DNA of 62,193 nucleotides, the filler included, from Dugesia japonica (Eukaryota), in NCBI GenBank assembly GCA_001938525.1. It is 6 parts of 6 records of this genome, joined end to end, with 100 filler letters (N's around TTAATTAATTAA, not from the genome) between each part and the next. Parts side by side here need not be neighbours in the genome. Positions count along the whole stretch, not along the records: positions 25,212 to 33,635 come from MQRL01553168.1; positions 33,736 to 45,022 come from MQRL01604755.1; 4 more parts are not named here. One strand, written 5' to 3'. The notes below the pieces were generated by a model, which saw only the letters and a program-made list of their open reading frames with translations, searched no databases and was not told the origin of the DNA. Both the position numbers and the translations under genes were made by a program. Below are positions 28,398 through 38,599 of this stretch, piece after piece (the stretch's first letter is position 1; each line of letters begins with the position of its first letter).

Positions 28398-28626
28398 ATG
28401 ATAACCAATATTAGTTACAGAGGTGAATTGACACAAGAATTAATAAAGAAAATAAGCTTTCCTACAGGCAAACCATGTCAATATAAAGTCAAAAGTGATA
28501 AATTTACAATTATTTACCTCAGATCAAGAAAATTTAGAATAATGAGTTGTAAGAAACCATTTACACCACATGATTTAAACCCTATGATATAAAAAAATTT
28601 ACAATTACAGTCACTAATAATTGTTT
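28398..28626 (+). pseudogene. TBP-like gene, truncated second copy
   Basis: ITNISYRGELTQELIKKISFPTGKPCQYKVKSDKFTIIYLRSRKFRIMSCKKP aligns to 34261-34767; 1-nt frameshift at NP/YDIKNLQLQSLIIV, then homology stops. Confidence 0.8.
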
Positions 28627-28629
28627 CTT

Positions 28630-28985
28630 TATGCCTTCGCAAATAATTTGGAAAACCCTGTCCAAGGAGAAAAAGCGGACTTNNNNNNNNNNNNNNNNNN
28701 NNNNNNNNNNNNNNNNNNNNNNNNNNNNNNNNGTCCAAGGAGAAAAAGCGGACTTGAAAAATGAATAGAAAATATCTCTGCAGACCTCAATGTTAATGAA
28801 GACAAAGCTATTCAACAAATACCAGATGATGATAATGCTAGTGGTCATTTTGAAGTTAAGTATTTGAAATATGATCATTTTTATGGTAAGAGTTTAATTT
28901 ATTATTACAACTTTATTTAATTTTTTTTCATAGAAATAACTAAGGAGATATTAAATGAAAAGTTTCCAGAATATTATCCTGACTG
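28630..28985 (+). pseudogene. Polinton-arm spliced gene Z (copy A), intron 28886-28933
   Basis: DDDNASGHFEVKYLKYDHFY|EITKEILNEKFPE; homologous to 54140-54503 with the same phase-1 intron. Confidence 0.65.
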
Positions 28986-28989
28986 TGAT

Positions 28990-29860
28990 TGTTATGTAAA
29001 TAATACAAGGTATCTATGCAAAGAATATACTCACAAACTTTATAATATGGTTACTATGTAAATAATATACTTACAAACCCTATAATACATGGTTCAAATA
29101 TAAAAAATACAAGTTAACTATGCAACTAATACACTTAAAAACGGTTGTTATGTAAATATTACATGGTACCTAAACAAATAATATACTTGTAAACCTTATA
29201 TTACATGGTTAATATGTAAATAATATACTCATAAACCATATATTACATTGTTACTATGTAAAAAGTACCTTCATAAGCCTTCATATTACACGTTTGTTTT
29301 GTAAAAAATTCACTATTATATTTCATAAACCTGATATTTCATGGTTGCTACGTAAATAATAGAAGGTAGATATGCAAATAATGTACTCATAAACCCTATA
29401 ATACATGGTTGCTATGCAAATAATATACTAATAAATCCTATAGACTCATAAAAATATTTTTTTACAAGTTTTTTTATAGACCTATTAGTTATATATGGAA
29501 AGGTTCCATGAACTTATGATTTGTCAAAAAAAGTTCTGTTTTTTATCATTTGGTTCTAAGAAATGTTCTCAACTAATATGTTTTTTATAGAAAAAATTGC
29601 ATGACTAATACGTTTTTATTAAAAATTGCATCACTAATGATATATTTTATTTAGAATTGCATCGGTAATGAGAATTTTTATTAAACATTGCATCACTAAT
29701 GATATTTTTATTAAAAATGGCAACGCTAATGAGAATTTTTATAGAAAATTGTCACTAATATTATGCTTTTTTATAGAAAATTGTCACTAATATTATGCTT
29801 TTTTATAGAAAATTGTCACTAATATTATGTTTTTTATAGAAAATTACCTAGCTAATATGT
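28990..29860. repeat. Subterminal tandem arrays of Polinton arm
   Basis: ATAATATACTCATAAACCCTATAATACATGGTTGCTATGTAA-type units, then ~29-bp TTTTATAGAAAATTGCATCACTAAT-type units; same arrays at 38600-39200 and 54660-55310. Confidence 0.85.
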
Positions 29861-32800
29861 TTTTTGAAAAATTTTCTATGTGTTTTTTATCATTTTGTAA
29901 AGAAAAGTTTTAATTTGAATATTTTTTCGTGTATATATCACAAAGACTCCTCTCTTTGAAGTTTTTTGATAGATATATTTGATAACTGAAATATCTTAAA
30001 GACTCCCCTCTTTGAAGATTTTATCATGTTAATTAATTTAAATTAAATTTTAGACTGCCCAATATCTTGCAATAATATAAAAAAATATCAAGACTGCTCA
30101 ATATCATACATAAATATAAAGACTACCTAAATGTTTTAATAATAAATGTAATAGGCATGCAAATGGGTTACAATAGGCATGCAATTAGATTGCAATAGTG
30201 ATGCAACATAGCTGCAGCATACATTTACTGAAAATCATGCGCCTGAGAATTTTTTACATTTCCCGTCAAAAATTATTTCTTTTAAATTTCCAGCCAAAAA
30301 ATTTTTTTAAAATTTGCCGACAAAATATTTTTTTTAAGTTTCCGCAAAAATGAATATGATATTTATAGGTTCCATAGTAATATGGTCTATGATATTTAAA
30401 GGTTCCATTAATATGGTCAAAGATGTCTAATATGTGCTAAATAATATTTTAAAAAATGTCATGTATTGAATAAATAACATTTGCCTTAGAATTCCTGACC
30501 ATTTTGCGGATCTGAGTCTAGTCAACTATTGATATTATGACTGATTGTTTTTAAAACAATTTTAGTGGTATTCCATTATGTCTAAATGTGAAATGATTGA
30601 AGCACTGCAACAGAAGATGCGCATACTGTAATCGAGCTTAGCCTAGTTAAAACTACGCAAGCAAATCGATAGGTTCAATTATGAACGGACTCGAATTTGA
30701 TGCTAAAGACCTTGATGGATTCGCTCCGGCTGACTGTACATGTTGGAGGAGATAATGTAACGGTATTGAAGGAAAACAAGACTGTTACTGAAACAATGCA
30801 TGCAAATAATTATTAATAATTTTTTCAACTAATTAACTTATAAAAATTAATTAATATCTTATTCCTTAAATACCTGTAATTAAATACCTTTGACCATATG
30901 TATTTAGAATACCATGAGCATATGTATTAAGACTGTCGCATCCCATGCTAATTATAGTGACTGCCCCATCTCAATCAAAATATCAAGTTTGCCCTATCCC
31001 ATACAAAATATAGAGTCTCCCCATGCTAAATATAAAATCTCCCTCTCTCATGCAAGACCAAATAGAAATACTCCTTCATACCATTCAAAATATAGAGAAT
31101 CTCCCATTCTATCCAAAATATAGATACTTTACTTTTAAAATATCAAGACTGCCCCAGTCAAACATAAATATATTCTTCTCAAAAAAAAAATTAAAATTCC
31201 CTAAACCTCAAAAAAAAAGTAATTAATTATTAAAATTTGAATTACACACAAAATCCAACTATTAATAAAAATAAAAATTCCATTAATTAAAACAAAAGAA
31301 ATCAATTAATTAAATTAAAAATTCCCCCCTCTCCCTAAAAAAGAGATTAAAAAAATCGACCAAAAAAATATGGGAAAAAAATCGGCCGAAAAAAATATTT
31401 TACTCGTGGGTCTAGGTTTTCCAGTGCGCCACTATCCATTTTCTTGGCATTATATGTGCATTCGTATGTTTCACGGCAATGTCAATTGGAAGCTGTAAAA
31501 AAATTCATCCAAATTTGAAATTTTCGAGTAATCGGCTTGTTTATTTCATTCATAAATGCTATCGCATTGTTTTCACTAAAAATGGTTTCCATATAAACAA
31601 TGTTTTAAGTGATTATAAAAATAGTAAATGGTTAGTTATTTTTCTTGTTATACAATACCATTTTTAATAGGTTGACATAGCATGTGATCTATATGTGATG
31701 AATTTTTCTAGTCGGTTTTCATCTTTTTGTAATAAAACCGCGTCTATTGCACCAAAACTTACATCTATATGCAATATAAACATCTTTTTGATATCTGGAA
31801 AATTCAAATTCTGTGAGTTGGTAGATCCTATCTCACTTAAAGAAGGAGATTTTCTGATTCCCCTCTAGCGAGCAAAATGGTTTGTAACTTTTGAAATTTG
31901 AAATGTTTTTTATTATTTTTCTGTATTTATTGATTTTTCAAATTTGTTCATTTTTAAAAATTTTTTTTATTTTTTAATTTTTTAATTTATTTTAAAATAT
32001 TTTTAGAATTTTTTTCCCCAACTTTTTATTGTTATGGTGAAAAAATAGTATCGTTAGATGCGCAATGAAAAGACGAACAGTTTGATTGGCTTAAATTTTT
32101 AATCGGAGAATTAGGTGAAAAAGTTATTAAAGAGTTAAAATTTGAAAACCATACTCAGCCACCTATTTAAATTTTAAGCTTATATCATTTTATAGAGAAT
32201 GAAAAACTGTCTATACATTGCCTAAAGGTCTACTATCAAAAAACGTTTCCTTCAGGATGAAAAAATGTTTTACTCTAAACTGTGAAGTAAGTAGATAGTG
32301 GCGCACTAGATTACAGTGAATTATTAGTCACTGATTCTAGTAAGTAGCTAGAATAAGTTTTAAAATTTTAATGAAACATTTGGATGATTCATGATGAATC
32401 TTGAATGATGAGTCATTGAGATAATAAATCATCAAGTATAACTCATTTTCGAAAAAGAATTTTCAAAGTATTTTTTATTTGTATCATAACAAAGCTCCGA
32501 GTAGGCAAAGAACTTTAAAACAAAGACAATGACTCGTCGAATTTTTTTCTATGTTTTTTGGCTGTCTGGAAAACAAAGACTTCTCCTCCTCCGTTCGACG
32601 GTAAAATTTTCTTTTACAATTTCTAGTAAATTTTTCTTAATTTTTTAATTAGTTGGATTAAGGTCAAATTTTTCTTTCTAAATAGACAAACATTATTTTT
32701 TATGACATCAACTAATAAAAAAAACTTGTTAAAAATAGAAATTATTTACATAAATTAAATCATTTGGAATTTAAATTTCATTATTTTATGGTCACAATAC

Positions 32801-33635
32801 ATTAAGAAGATAAAATTAATGAATGGAGAAATTATGTTGTGNNNNNNNNNNNNNNNNNNNNNNNNNNNNNNNNNNNNNNNNNNNNNNNNNNNNNNNNNNN
32901 NNNNNNNNNNNNNNNNNNNNNNNNNNNNNNNNNNNNNNNNNNNNNNNNNNNNNNATAAAAATTAGGAAATGGGCTACTTCAAACTTTATGGTTGAATACG
33001 AGAGGAATGTGCACCCTCAATCATAAAAAATATTTGACATGTTCATAAGAAAGAAAACGAAAAATCTACCTATGATATTCATTTAAAGACTTGGCACAAT
33101 ACTTGAGAATGTGTTCTCAAAAGAAATTATTCTGAAAAGGTGGGATATTAGAAATCAAATTCTAAGAGGGTTTAATAGGGTTGATCCAGGCTCAAATATT
33201 GGATTCTCTTATTATGGACGAGAAGAATGATGGTGAGGAATTTTGTGATTTCAGCGAGGAAATATGAGAAAACGCAACATTCCTGTTGCAAAATAGTTTA
33301 CAAACTCAATGGGATTATTACCAGAAGCTAAAGCAGTATCTCTTTATAACGACATTTATATGAAATCTGTGAAATCATCATGAAAAAAAATCTTCAGTAC
33401 ACTTCACAATCAACATTTTTGTTGCAAAAGCAGAGTATCAATAAAAGAAATGCAAAACTGCTAAATCGTTAGTGACAATTGTAATGATATAATTAAAGAT
33501 ATGTCATTAAAAAATATGAGTGAAAAGTTTCAAGAAGAAAAATTGAGATTAATTAAAGTAATTTTATTTAATTTTCTGGTTGTTTAAATATTCAAGTTAA
33601 AAGAATGGCAGGATTTGAATACTAATTTTATTAAA

Positions 33636-33735
33636 NNNNNNNNNNNNNNNNNNNNNNNNNNNNNNNNNNNNNNNNNNNNTTAATTAATTAANNNNNNNNN
33701 NNNNNNNNNNNNNNNNNNNNNNNNNNNNNNNNNNN
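33636..33735. other. Artificial contig linker
   Basis: N44-TTAATTAATTAA-N44. Confidence 0.95.
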
Positions 33736-33789
33736 AAAAAAAACTAAATAAATAAAACAAAGACTTAATAATAATACATTTATTTTTTA

Positions 33790-34100
33790 TTAATGATAAC
33801 AAAAATAGTCATTATAACAATTTAGTTCATCCAGATGGTTCTCCATGGCAACCATCAGATTAAACTTTGCGCACCCGATACAACCAGGTTCGCCGAATTC
33901 AGCATCCATGAAATCATTGATAATAAAATCCGGCAGCATTGGTTTCCTTTCTTCGTCCAGGATTCTCCGTTCTTCGCAAATATCAACAATCATTCCTTAA
34001 TTAAATTTATTAATAAAATTATAAAATTAATAAAAATCAAACCTCTTTTACTAAATTGTTCTTCCATTATCTTCATTTTTCTTGTATTTGATGAATTCAT
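33790..34100 (-). CDS. Polinton-arm small spliced gene X (exons 34100-34043 and 33995-33790), unknown function
   Basis: MNSSNTRKMKIMEEQFSKR|GMIVDICEERRILDEERKPMLPDF...GCIGCAKFNLMVAME; 47-nt GT-AG intron keeps the frame; homolog at 53318-53617. Confidence 0.65.
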
Positions 34101-34260
34101 ATTTAAAAATTACAAGAAATAATAATGAAATGCATTATATATATGTATAATAAAAAACCACAACGTAATATATTAATTATTTTAAATTTAAATATCTAAA
34201 TTTAAATTGTTATTTTTTGTACTTGAATTGTGAAAGTTTTGCAACCGTGTTGCGAATTTT

Positions 34261-34767
34261 CTAAATTTTATCAAGCAAATTAAACAAATCTGAAGTAATG
34301 TTATTCACATATCCCTGAAAATACAAATTTTTAAGTCCAAGTATCAATAGTTTTCCTGTTAAAAACACATTTACAGATAAAGGGTCATATTTTACAAGTC
34401 TTAGAGCAGGAAATAACTCTGGTTTGAACCAAAAGTATACTATTCTTGCNAATTTATACAAATTTATTGAAACTCCCATATTTACGACAATGAATAGCGA
34501 TTGTAATTGTAAATTTGTTATGTCGTAAGGGTTCAAATCATTCGGTTCCAATGGTTTCTTACAACCCATTATTTTAAATTTTCCTGATCTGAAGAATATA
34601 ATTGTATATTTGTCACTTTTGATTTGGAATTGACAGGGTTTGCCTAAAGGAAAGCTCATTTTCTTTGTTATTTCTTGCGCCATTTCACCTTGGTAATTAA
34701 TATTGGTTATTTTAATAAATGAATTAAAGAGTTCATTTAATTGATTCGTTAAAACAAATATAAACAA
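34261..34767 (-). CDS. Divergent TATA-binding protein (TBP)-fold protein encoded by a Polinton; start codon uncertain
   Basis: KITNINY ~ LQNIVS; TIIFFRSGKFKIMGCK ~ TALIFSSGKMVCTGAK; FKPELFPALRLVKYDPLSVNVFLTGKLLILGLK ~ [34 protein letters not shown]; both TBP half-repeats present. Confidence 0.85.
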   Translation of the reverse strand: MFIFVLTNQLNELFNSFIKITNINYQGEMAQEITKKMSFPLGKPCQFQIKSDKYTIIFFRSGKFKIMGCKKPLEPNDLNPYDITNLQLQSLFIVVNMGVSINLYKXARIVYFWFKPELFPALRLVKYDPLSVNVFLTGKLLILGLKNLYFQGYVNNITSDLFNLLDKI

Positions 34768-34925
34768 TTTATTGAATTATGAAAAGAAATTAAATAAAAA
34801 CAAGATGGAAAGATTAAGAAATGATGCAGTCCATTAAATTGTTTGTTTGTATGTCAATTATTGAAATCAAGGTTATTCAAGTCTATATTTAAAAACATAT
34901 AAATCGTGTAGATGAGGAGCATGGA

Positions 34926-35267
34926 TTGACTAAATCTCAATTTGGTAATATTAAAATGAAAATTATAAATGGTTTTTATTTTAATTGGAGCAAAAGATTA
35001 AAGCCAGGTGATGTTATTGTTGTTGATTATCTGTATCAGGAGGCAAACANNNNNNNNNNNNNNNNNNNNNNNNNNNNNNNNNNNNNNNNNNNNNNNNNNN
35101 NNNNNNNNATATTTATAACTCAAAATCTATTTCATCAAGGAGGTAGTCATAGAACTCGTAATTTAAACGTGCAATATTTAGTTTTATTCAAAAATCTTAG
35201 AGGTCAGACTATTGTTAATTTTCTAGCAAGACAAGCATTATCTAACTTTGAACTGAAATTTGCATGA
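34926..35267 (+). pseudogene. Polinton packaging ATPase (A32/FtsK-HerA family) relic
   Basis: VIVVDYL (degenerate Walker B) and IFITQNLFHQGGSHRTRNLNVQYLVLFKNLRGQTIVNFLARQ (cf. ITQNLF...RTISLNxxYxVLFKNPRD...LARQ); Walker A not seen. Confidence 0.9.
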
Positions 35268-35277
35268 AATTGTTGTA

Positions 35278-35615
35278 ATGAAGACAAAAATAAAGACAAT
35301 ATAGACAGATCCAAAATACCCAGCAGGTTTTCGAGGTGTAGAAAACTTGATGAAAGCAGATCAAAAAACGAAAAGAAAGACGGAAAGGTTTTTATCTGTT
35401 CATCTAGTGTACATTCTGAACAAGTCAATTTTGAAAAGATTTCCAACAAGAGCATATAAAGCTTGATATTGTTTTGATATTGTATTGATAATTTATGGTT
35501 AATGTATCTAATTGAAATGATTAATAAATTTTACAAGTATATTTTTGTCTTTTATCGTTGTATTCATTAGATTTACAAGAGATGTTCTATTTAAATCAAA
35601 GGGACCTGAAAGAAT
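35278..35615 (+). pseudogene. Polinton retroviral-like (RVE) integrase N-terminal relic
   Basis: MKTKIKTI*TDPKYPAGFRGVENLMKA...FLSVHLVYILNKSILKRFPTR, then YKYIFV/FIVVFIRF...LFKSKGPE (cf. YYDPxxPxSFxGxxKL...YTLHKP...FPRR; YILTVIDVFSR...PLKSK). Confidence 0.8.
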
Positions 35616-35699
35616 AAACAATATTATGTAAAATAATATGAATATGAAAACCAATTTGAATAGTAGCAACACAAATAAAATAACAAAACAAAAATTCAG

Positions 35700-36515
35700 A
35701 TGAAATCAAATAACTTCTTTACACTTTTACCTAGTAATAGTAGTCCACTAGTTCATCCAAATAATACTGCTAGTAATTACATTGTTGAGCTTTAAAACCC
35801 AATTTACATGGATGGTAGTTGGGAAGTAGCCTTGATGGATTTCACCTTTGGATATTCATCCATGCCGATTTACAGTCAAACTAGGATTGATTATGAATTA
35901 TTTACAATAATTGAGAAAAAACTAATACTTGATGTTAACAATAAAGAAGAAAAAGTTCTTTTAACTGTTAATTCTCAAGACAAATATAAAAANNNNNNNN
36001 NNNNNNNNNNNNNNNNNNNNNNNNNNNNNNNNNNNNNNNNNNNNNNNNNNNNNNNNNNNNNNNNNNNNNNNNNNNNNNTATTCTTTGAAAATCAGGAAAC
36101 TATAAAGAGATTTTCATATTTTAGCGGTGAATATGAAAGTATGGATATTAAATTAGTTTTAGATGCTAGTAAGAAGTTTAGAGATAAAACATTTTTTCTT
36201 GGCTTTCAACACTTTAAAAACGATGATTCCATTTAAAAAATAAGCATTAAATATTATTATCCCATTGTAGCTAAACACTCTTTTCAATTCGAATCTGAAT
36301 TGTATATAAAAGATTTTAATCAACTAAATGTCTTTTTTAAGAAACACCTTCCAAAGTTATTTAAAACTTTTGCATTAAAGCAAGATGAGATATTTGAATT
36401 TACATTAGCAAGTAGAACTAAAAGTCTTAAATTCGACAAGATCCTAACAAATACATTAGGACTAAAAAAATCACAATATACTCGAATGGTACTTTCAAAT
36501 ATGTCCTTCCTATGA
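35700..36515 (+). pseudogene. Polinton minor capsid/penton (PX) relic
   Basis: MKSNNFFTLLPSNSSPLVHPNNTASNYIVEL*NPIYMDGSWEVALMDF (cf. FYxTLPSNSS..FPxNTxxxFxxxLxxPIxLxGxWEVxL); C-terminal part missing. Confidence 0.85.
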
Positions 36516-36545
36516 ATTCAATGTCTTAATCTTAATGTCTTAATC

Positions 36546-37464
36546 GATGTAGAGTTTTTTATAAACGGATCTCAAACAGAATATTTGGATTTAAATGATA
36601 CTTTATTGTATATTAAAGTAAAGGTAGTTGATAAGGATGATAAAGATTTGACTGATAAGGATGATTCNNNNNNNNNNNNNNNNNNNNNNNNNNNNNNNNN
36701 NNNNNNNNNNNNNNNNNNNNNNNNNNNNNNNNNNNNNNNNNNNNNNNNNNNNNNNNNNNNNNNNNNNNNNNNNNNNNNNNNNNNNNNNNNNNNNNNNNNN
36801 NNNNNNNNNNNNNNNNNNNNNNNNNNNNNNNNNNNNNNNNNNNNNNNNNNNNNNNNNNNNNNNNNNNTATCTCTATGTGGTTCATTGCAACTTGATTTCA
36901 TGAATCAACCGAAATACCTTATTCCAGGTGTCAATGTTCATTTTCGATTGAAACGAGCAGATGCTGATATTTGTTTGGAATCTACAGCCAATGAACCTAC
37001 ATATGTATTACTAGATGCAAAATCAATGGTTAGACTTGTACGAGTTGAACCCTCAGAAATAATTGCTCATCAAATGGGCCTCAAAAAGCAAAATGCTGTT
37101 TATCCAATAAGAACCAAGGAATTCGTTGCATATGCAACTATTAAAGATGGTACATCGTTTTATAAGGAACAAATCTTTTGTAATCGTCGATTACCTAGCT
37201 TTACTCTGGTTATATTTCAAAGTAGTGAACAATATAATGGTAGTTATAAAAGTTCGATTTCGACATTTCAAAATCTAGATGTTTTTTCTGTTTTGTTGTC
37301 GAAAAAGAATGATTATCGAGAAATATATACTCAAGATTTTACAAAAAATAATTTTGCAGCAAGATGTATGCAATCTACAGTATGAAATATGGGATATTTG
37401 GATAATTTATGGAGTATTTGAAAAAGAAATTCAGATTAAAGAAAACGGAACAGCATTGGTGTAA
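36546..37464 (+). pseudogene. Polinton major capsid protein (PY, double jelly-roll) relic
   Basis: DVEFFINGSQTEYLDLNDTLLYIKVKV; LQLDFMNQPKYLIPGVNVHFRLKR; AHQMGLKKQNAVYPI; RLPSFTLVIFQSSEQYNGSY; C-terminal IIYGVFEKEIQI. Confidence 0.9.
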
Positions 37465-38133
37465 ACCATAATATGTATTTTTGAAATACTTGTAATAAAG
37501 TAATAGGTATTGTTTAATTTAGTAATTCTATTCACATTGAACGGAGTACATTAATGTTACTTAAATCATCTTATTTCAGTAAACAATGCCTTAATTGTGA
37601 ATACTCATACCACAAATCTATGTGAAGAACACTAGATAGTGGTTTACAATAAAAGAAGCAACATTAAATATGAAATATTTATTTGCATGTATTTGTATTT
37701 TAAGAAATATATGTTTTATTGTAAATCAATCTTGTTCATTTTTTCTTTTTAATAATACTAAGAAACAAAAGTACTCTATTTAACTATACTTGTTATTATT
37801 TATTTAATTTTGTGAACATGTCATAAACATAAATTTAGCATGACACGAGCATGCATTTACATATCTTCCTCATATTGCATGGTTATTTTGTAAATAAAAC
37901 TTATAATACAAGGTTACTTTGTAAAAAATACACTCATCAACCAACAGTAATTAAAAAACTATTTACTTATAAGTTTTTTAATATAAATAATGCAAGAAAG
38001 AAACAAAATTATTATTAAAATCTATTTATTAAACCACAAAATTAATAATTACATTAATTCCGACCAAGCAAATAAAATATCACAATGGATGTCAATAAAG
38101 TTACAACAATAAATTTATTCCTATTTTGGATCT

Positions 38134-38361
38134 TTAATTCTTCCTTAATTTTGTCCATGAATATTGATAGGACAATGAGTTCAACATAGTTCTCAATAGA
38201 CCATTGTCGATCCTGCTTATGAATTGAATTTCGTCAACGGATCCACTGGTAATTTNATCTGCCGATTTTTTAATTTGTCTTTCCAATTGATTCATTTCTT
38301 CAACGGATCCACTGGTAATTGCATCTGTAATTTTTTTAATTACTCTTTCGATTTGGTTCAT
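38134..38361 (-). CDS. Small Polinton ORF (75 aa) with internal 22-aa duplication, unknown function
   Basis: MNQIERVIKKITDAITSGSVEE / MNQLERQIKKSADXITSGSVDE; ATG start. Confidence 0.45.
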   Translation of the reverse strand: MNQIERVIKKITDAITSGSVEEMNQLERQIKKSADXITSGSVDEIQFISRIDNGLLRTMLNSLSYQYSWTKLRKN

Positions 38362-38599
38362 TTTATAATAGTAATTTCGAATTTTAAAAGTGACTTATTT
38401 TACGAAACCTGTTGTTTATATACTTGCTGATATACATACATCCTCGTTATTTGTTAGTTTTTATTAGTCGTTTCATGTTTTAAAGGAAATGAATGGTTAT
38501 TATTCATTTTGATTTATATGATTGAATGTAATTTGTTTTAAATGATATGATTTGTTATCTAAAATATTCATGAACATGATTCGATCATGCATTTTGCAT

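Larger units (their letters stand above)
28135..31437. mobile_element. Polinton/Maverick-family deleted copy A (TBP-like fragment, spliced gene Z, terminal repeat region)
   Basis: Shares the TBP-like gene with copy B, gene Z with copy C and subterminal arrays with both; ends CCAGTGCGCCACTATC. Confidence 0.75.

Noticed and set aside
31421-32310. Element defined by inverted CAGTGCGCCACTATC...GATAGTGGCGCACTAG
   Set aside because: No TSD; better explained as the right end of copy A facing the left end of another Polinton-like relic, though not fully excluded
32950-33560. Decayed coding-like region after the 32286 terminus
   Set aside because: No family motif could be assigned with confidence
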